Shown here piece by piece: positions 60,284 through 64,000 of a stretch of DNA of 64,000 nucleotides. Source of the stretch: Gammaproteobacteria bacterium (lineage in GTDB: Bacteria; Pseudomonadota; Gammaproteobacteria; GCA-001735895); assembly GCA_022340305.1 (NCBI GenBank), contig JAJDOF010000069.1, positions 26,277-90,276 on the forward strand, written 5' to 3'. The position numbers and the translations under genes were made by a program. The number at the start of each line of letters is the position of its first letter. The stretch's first letter is position 1. The notes beneath the pieces were generated by a model. The model saw nothing but the letters and a program-made list of their open reading frames with translations, was not told the origin of the DNA and made no database searches.

Positions 60284-61702
60284 CTAGTAGCGATAAGCCT
60301 CGGGCTTGTATGGGCCTTCGACCTTGACACCGATGTAGTCGGCCTGCTCCTGGCTGAGTTTGGTCAGCTTGGCGCCGATTTTCTCCAGGTGCAATCTGGC
60401 TACTTCTTCGTCGAGATGCTTCGGTAGCACGTAAACCTCGTTCTGATACTTGCCCGGGTTACAGAAAATTTCCATCTGTGCCAGCACCTGGTTGGTGAAC
60501 GAGTTTGACATGACAAAGCTCGGATGTCCTGTTCCGCAGCCAAGATTTACCAGTCGTCCCTCGGCGAGCAGGATGATGCGTCGGCCGTCTGGAAAGATGA
60601 TGTGATCGACCTGCGGCTTGATGTTTTCCCACTCGAAAGCCTTCATCTCGGCAACCTGGATTTCGTTGTCGAAGTGGCCGATGTTGCAGACGATAGACTG
60701 GTTCTTCATTTGCTCCATGTGATCCTTGCGGATAACGTTGAAGTTGCCGGTGGTGGTGACGAAGATGTCAGCCTGGCTGCAGACATCGTCCATGGTAACG
60801 ACGCGAAAACCTTCCATCGCCGCCTGCAAGGCACAGATGGGATCGATTTCGGTGACCATTACCGTGGCGCCGAGACCTTTCAGCGATTGCGCACAGCCTT
60901 TGCCGACATCGCCGTAACCGAGTACCACGGCAACCTTGCCGGCAATCATGACGTCGGTGGCGCGTTTGATGCCGTCGACCAGCGATTCGCGGCAGCCATA
61001 GAGGTTGTCGAACTTGGACTTGGTGACCGAGTCGTTGACGTTGAACGCGGGGAAGGGCAGTTCGCCTTTGGCCTGCATCTGCACCAGGCGATGCACGCCG
61101 GTGGTGGTTTCTTCGGTCACGCCCTTGATGTTCTTCTGGATCGTGGAGTAGAAGTTGGGTGATTCGGCAAGTTTGGCCCTGATCGCGGCGAACGCGATGG
61201 TTTCTTCCTCGGTACCCGGATTATCGAGCACTGAAATATCGGTTTCAGCCTTGGTTCCCAGGTTGACAAGCATGGTGGCATCACCACCATCATCGAGAAT
61301 CATGTTGGGGGTGCCACCGTCGTGCCATTCCATGATGCGGTGGGTGTATTGCCAGTAATCCTCGAGCGATTCGCCCTTGATGGCGAATACCGGCACACCA
61401 GAATCGGCGATCGCTGCCGCGGCGTGATCCTGGGTGGAAAAGATGTTGCACGATGCCCAGCGTACTTCGGCCCCGAGTGCGACCAGGGTTTCGATCAACA
61501 CGGCGGTTTGAATGGTCATGTGCAGGGAACCGGCGATACGGGCGCCTTTCAGTGGTTGCTCGGCGGCATATTTGCCGCGCAGCGAGACCAGTCCGGGCAT
61601 TTCGGTTTCGGCGATAGCAATCTCTTTACGGCCCCAGGAAGCGAGGTCGAGATCGGCTACGATAAAGTCTTGTTTTACAACGTCTGCGGCGTTAGCACTC
61701 AT
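60284..61702 (-). CDS. ahcY: Adenosylhomocysteinase
   Basis: 472 aa. NAD-binding [10 protein letters not shown] and a conserved SAHH N-terminus. Confidence 0.95.
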   Translation of the reverse strand: MSANAADVVKQDFIVADLDLASWGRKEIAIAETEMPGLVSLRGKYAAEQPLKGARIAGSLHMTIQTAVLIETLVALGAEVRWASCNIFSTQDHAAAAIADSGVPVFAIKGESLEDYWQYTHRIMEWHDGGTPNMILDDGGDATMLVNLGTKAETDISVLDNPGTEEETIAFAAIRAKLAESPNFYSTIQKNIKGVTEETTTGVHRLVQMQAKGELPFPAFNVNDSVTKSKFDNLYGCRESLVDGIKRATDVMIAGKVAVVLGYGDVGKGCAQSLKGLGATVMVTEIDPICALQAAMEGFRVVTMDDVCSQADIFVTTTGNFNVIRKDHMEQMKNQSIVCNIGHFDNEIQVAEMKAFEWENIKPQVDHIIFPDGRRIILLAEGRLVNLGCGTGHPSFVMSNSFTNQVLAQMEIFCNPGKYQNEVYVLPKHLDEEVARLHLEKIGAKLTKLSQEQADYIGVKVEGPYKPEAYRY

Positions 61703-61721
61703 AAATATTCTCCAAACTATT

Positions 61722-61790
61722 TATGAGCGCCGTTCGATAAATCAGTTGGGCGAGCCTGGCAGTAAAGCTGTCGCAGCGCTCCTCGCACAA
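61722..61790 (-). ncRNA. SAH (S-adenosylhomocysteine) riboswitch in the ahcY 5' leader
   Basis: The minus-strand RNA UGCGAGGAGCGCUGCGACAGCUUUACUGCCAGGCUCGCCCAACUGAUUUAUCGAACGGCGCUCAUAAA contains the conserved SAH-riboswitch blocks GAGGAGCGCUGC…CAGGCUCG…AACGGCGCUCA. It sits 20 nt before the ahcY ATG. Confidence 0.7.
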
Positions 61791-61814
61791 AAGCCCCGCA
61801 GTGGGGAACCGGGT

Positions 61815-61878
61815 ATTCTATTCAAAAATGCCCGGCTGTCAAACCGCAGGGGCACCCGTGATGGTTACCCGGTGCCCG
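61815..61878 (-). terminator. Probable metK terminator region (GC-rich hairpin GGGCACCCG…CGGGTGCCC plus U5 tract)
   Basis: The hairpin at 61850-61878 sits immediately after the metK stop. A U-tract follows at 61824-61828 on the minus-strand RNA. The geometry is not textbook. Confidence 0.35.
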
Positions 61879-61879
61879 G

Positions 61880-63046
61880 TTAGAGGCCGGCGGCGTCTTT
61901 GAGGGCTGCTGCCTTGTCGGTGCGCTCCCAGCTCAGATCCAGATCATCGCGGCCGAAATGGCCGTAAGCCGCGGTCGGCTGGTAGATGGGGCGCAACAGG
62001 TCGAGCATGGCGATCAAACCCTTGGGGCGCAGGTCAAAGTGCTCGCGAATCAGGGCGATGATGCGCTCGTCGTCGATATTGCCGGTACCGAAGGTGTCGA
62101 CGCTGATGGAAGTCGGCTCGGCCACACCGATGGCATAGGAGACCTGTACTTCGCAGCGACCGGCGATGCCGGCGGCGACGATGTTCTTGGCCACGTAGCG
62201 CGCTGCATAAGCCGCCGAGCGGTCAACCTTCGATGGGTCTTTACCGGAGAAAGCGCCGCCACCGTGTCGGGCCATACCGCCGTAAGTGTCGACAATGATC
62301 TTGCGGCCGGTTAAACCCGCATCACCGACCGGGCCACCGATGACGAAACGCCCGGTGGGGTTGACGTGAATGTTTTCATTCTTGCATTGCACCAGCCAAT
62401 CGGACGGTAACACCGGCTTCAGGATGGTTTCGATCACGGCTTCGCGCAGCGCTTTCAGGCCTATCGATTCCTTGTGTTGGGTCGACAGCACAACCGCTTC
62501 GATACCAACGGGCTGGTGGTTTTCGTATCGCAGGGTGACCTGGCTCTTGGCGTCGGGCAACAGCCAGTCGAGTTCACCGGACTTCATCAATTCGAATTGC
62601 TTGCGCACCAGCCGATGCGCATAGGTTATGGGCGCTGGCATCAATACATCGGTTTCGTTACAGGCATAACCAAACATCAGGCCCTGGTCGCCTGCGCCCT
62701 GTTCCTTGTCATCGCTTTCGTCGACGCCCATGGCGATATCGCCGGACTGCTTGCCGAGACCGGTGAGTACGGCACAGGTTGCGCCATCGAAGCCGCATTC
62801 CGGGTTGTCGTAGCCGATGTCGTTTACGGTTTTACGCACCAGCGCCTCGAAATCGACCTCGGCATTGGTGGTGATCTCGCCGGCAAGCAATACCATGCCG
62901 GTCTTGACCAGTGTTTCGCAGGCGACGCGGGAGCGGTGATCCTGGGTCAGCAGGGCATCCAGTACCGCATCGGAGATCTGGTCGGCCATTTTGTCCGGAT
63001 GACCGCCAGATACCGATTCCGATGTGAAGATATATGAGCCTTGCAT
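61880..63046 (-). CDS. metK: S-adenosylmethionine synthetase
   Basis: [21 protein letters not shown] and [16 protein letters not shown] motifs. Confidence 0.95.
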   Translation of the reverse strand: MQGSYIFTSESVSGGHPDKMADQISDAVLDALLTQDHRSRVACETLVKTGMVLLAGEITTNAEVDFEALVRKTVNDIGYDNPECGFDGATCAVLTGLGKQSGDIAMGVDESDDKEQGAGDQGLMFGYACNETDVLMPAPITYAHRLVRKQFELMKSGELDWLLPDAKSQVTLRYENHQPVGIEAVVLSTQHKESIGLKALREAVIETILKPVLPSDWLVQCKNENIHVNPTGRFVIGGPVGDAGLTGRKIIVDTYGGMARHGGGAFSGKDPSKVDRSAAYAARYVAKNIVAAGIAGRCEVQVSYAIGVAEPTSISVDTFGTGNIDDERIIALIREHFDLRPKGLIAMLDLLRPIYQPTAAYGHFGRDDLDLSWERTDKAAALKDAAGL

Positions 63047-63329
63047 AATTAGAGTCCCCTGATGGCCGACAAAGAGGGCATTATATGTAAGACATTTAAA
63101 AATAACAGCCCTTGATCACCACGGCTTGCGATCGTGTGAATCGGCGCAGGCGTTTTATAAGTTGCTGTCAATTTGCATTTACGAGAGAATATCGCGCCTT
63201 GTCGACAGTGCGCATCGAATGGTGGGCTGCAATTATCGGTTCTGGATGTCTGGTATAACCACCGCATTTAGGAATAAAACATTTATTATCAATGGCTTAT
63301 GTTGAATAAACCAGCAATGGGGACGATCA

Positions 63330-64000
63330 ATGGCATCACGTAAAAACCTGGCAAATGCAATTCGCGCGCTGGCCATGGATGCGGTTCAGAAGGCCAATTC
63401 GGGGCATCCGGGTGCGCCGATGGGAATGGCCGATATCGCCGAGGTTCTGTACAACGACTTCATGCGGCATAACCCGGCCAATCCCGAGTGGAGCAATCGC
63501 GACCGCTTCGTGATGTCCAACGGCCACGGTTCGATGCTGCCCTACTCGGTGCTGCACTTGAGTGGCTACGAGCTCACCATCGAGGATCTGAAAAACTTTC
63601 GCCAATTGTATTCCAAGACGCCCGGTCATCCGGAACACGGTTATGCGCCGGGTATCGAAACCACCACGGGGCCGCTGGGCCAGGGTATTAGCAATGCCGT
63701 TGGCATGGCCATCGCCGAGCGGGTTCTGGCTGCCAAATTCAACCAGGGCGATTTCAATGTCGTCGATCACTTCACCTATGTTTTTCTCGGTGATGGCTGT
63801 TTGATGGAAGGTATCTCGCACGAGGCCTGCTCGCTCGCCGGTACGTTGGAGCTGGGCAAGCTGATTGCCTTCTGGGATAACAATGGCATCTCTATCGATG
63901 GCAAGGTGGATGGCTGGTTTCGTGACGATACGCCCAAGCGTTTCGAGGCCTATGGCTGGCATGTCATGGAAGTCGACGGCCACGACCCCGATGAAATTAA
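63330..64000 (+). CDS. tkt: Transketolase, N-terminal part (continues beyond the window end)
   Basis: [40 protein letters not shown]… includes the TPP-binding region. It is not in the ORF track because no stop falls in the window. The track's 63336-63983 minus ORF is its antisense shadow. Confidence 0.9.
   Translation, partial: MASRKNLANAIRALAMDAVQKANSGHPGAPMGMADIAEVLYNDFMRHNPANPEWSNRDRFVMSNGHGSMLPYSVLHLSGYELTIEDLKNFRQLYSKTPGHPEHGYAPGIETTTGPLGQGISNAVGMAIAERVLAAKFNQGDFNVVDHFTYVFLGDGCLMEGISHEACSLAGTLELGKLIAFWDNNGISIDGKVDGWFRDDTPKRFEAYGWHVMEVDGHDPDEI

Overview
This 64-kb window is a gammaproteobacterial chromosomal segment (about 55 % GC by eye) with Pseudomonas-like synteny: yggT-proC-yggS/pilT-pilU, pyrC'-pyrB-pyrR, yqgF-algH-tonB3-gshB, pilGHIJ-chpA-chpC, rsmE-ahcY-metK, tkt. 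Almost all of it is protein-coding. No rRNA, tRNA, CRISPR array, transposase or integrase was found.

The left 11 kb is an accessory-looking catabolic island under TetR and GntR control. It holds a class-III aminotransferase, a Rieske non-haem-iron oxygenase, two tandem trimethylamine-dehydrogenase-family Fe-S flavoproteins, an agmatinase-family ureohydrolase, a glutamine-synthetase-like gamma-glutamyl-amine ligase and a class-I glutamine amidotransferase. This looks like an uncharacterised pathway for a methylated guanidino-amine or polyamine and is the strongest candidate for an undescribed system.

Other items worth a second look:
- A tightly coupled four-gene operon: GT2 glycosyltransferase, PNP/MTA-nucleosidase-like protein, SPL-family radical-SAM enzyme, SDR.
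- A bacterial CarS/DUF46-like membrane protein flanked by 19-bp direct repeats.
- FadE carrying a histone-H1-like lysine-rich tail.
- A Pil-Chp chemosensory cluster lacking pilK and chpB, with ChpA carrying a 42-bp tandem repeat array.
- Three tandem PilT-family ATPases.
- An SAH riboswitch in front of ahcY.
- Several small intergenic repeats and palindromes.
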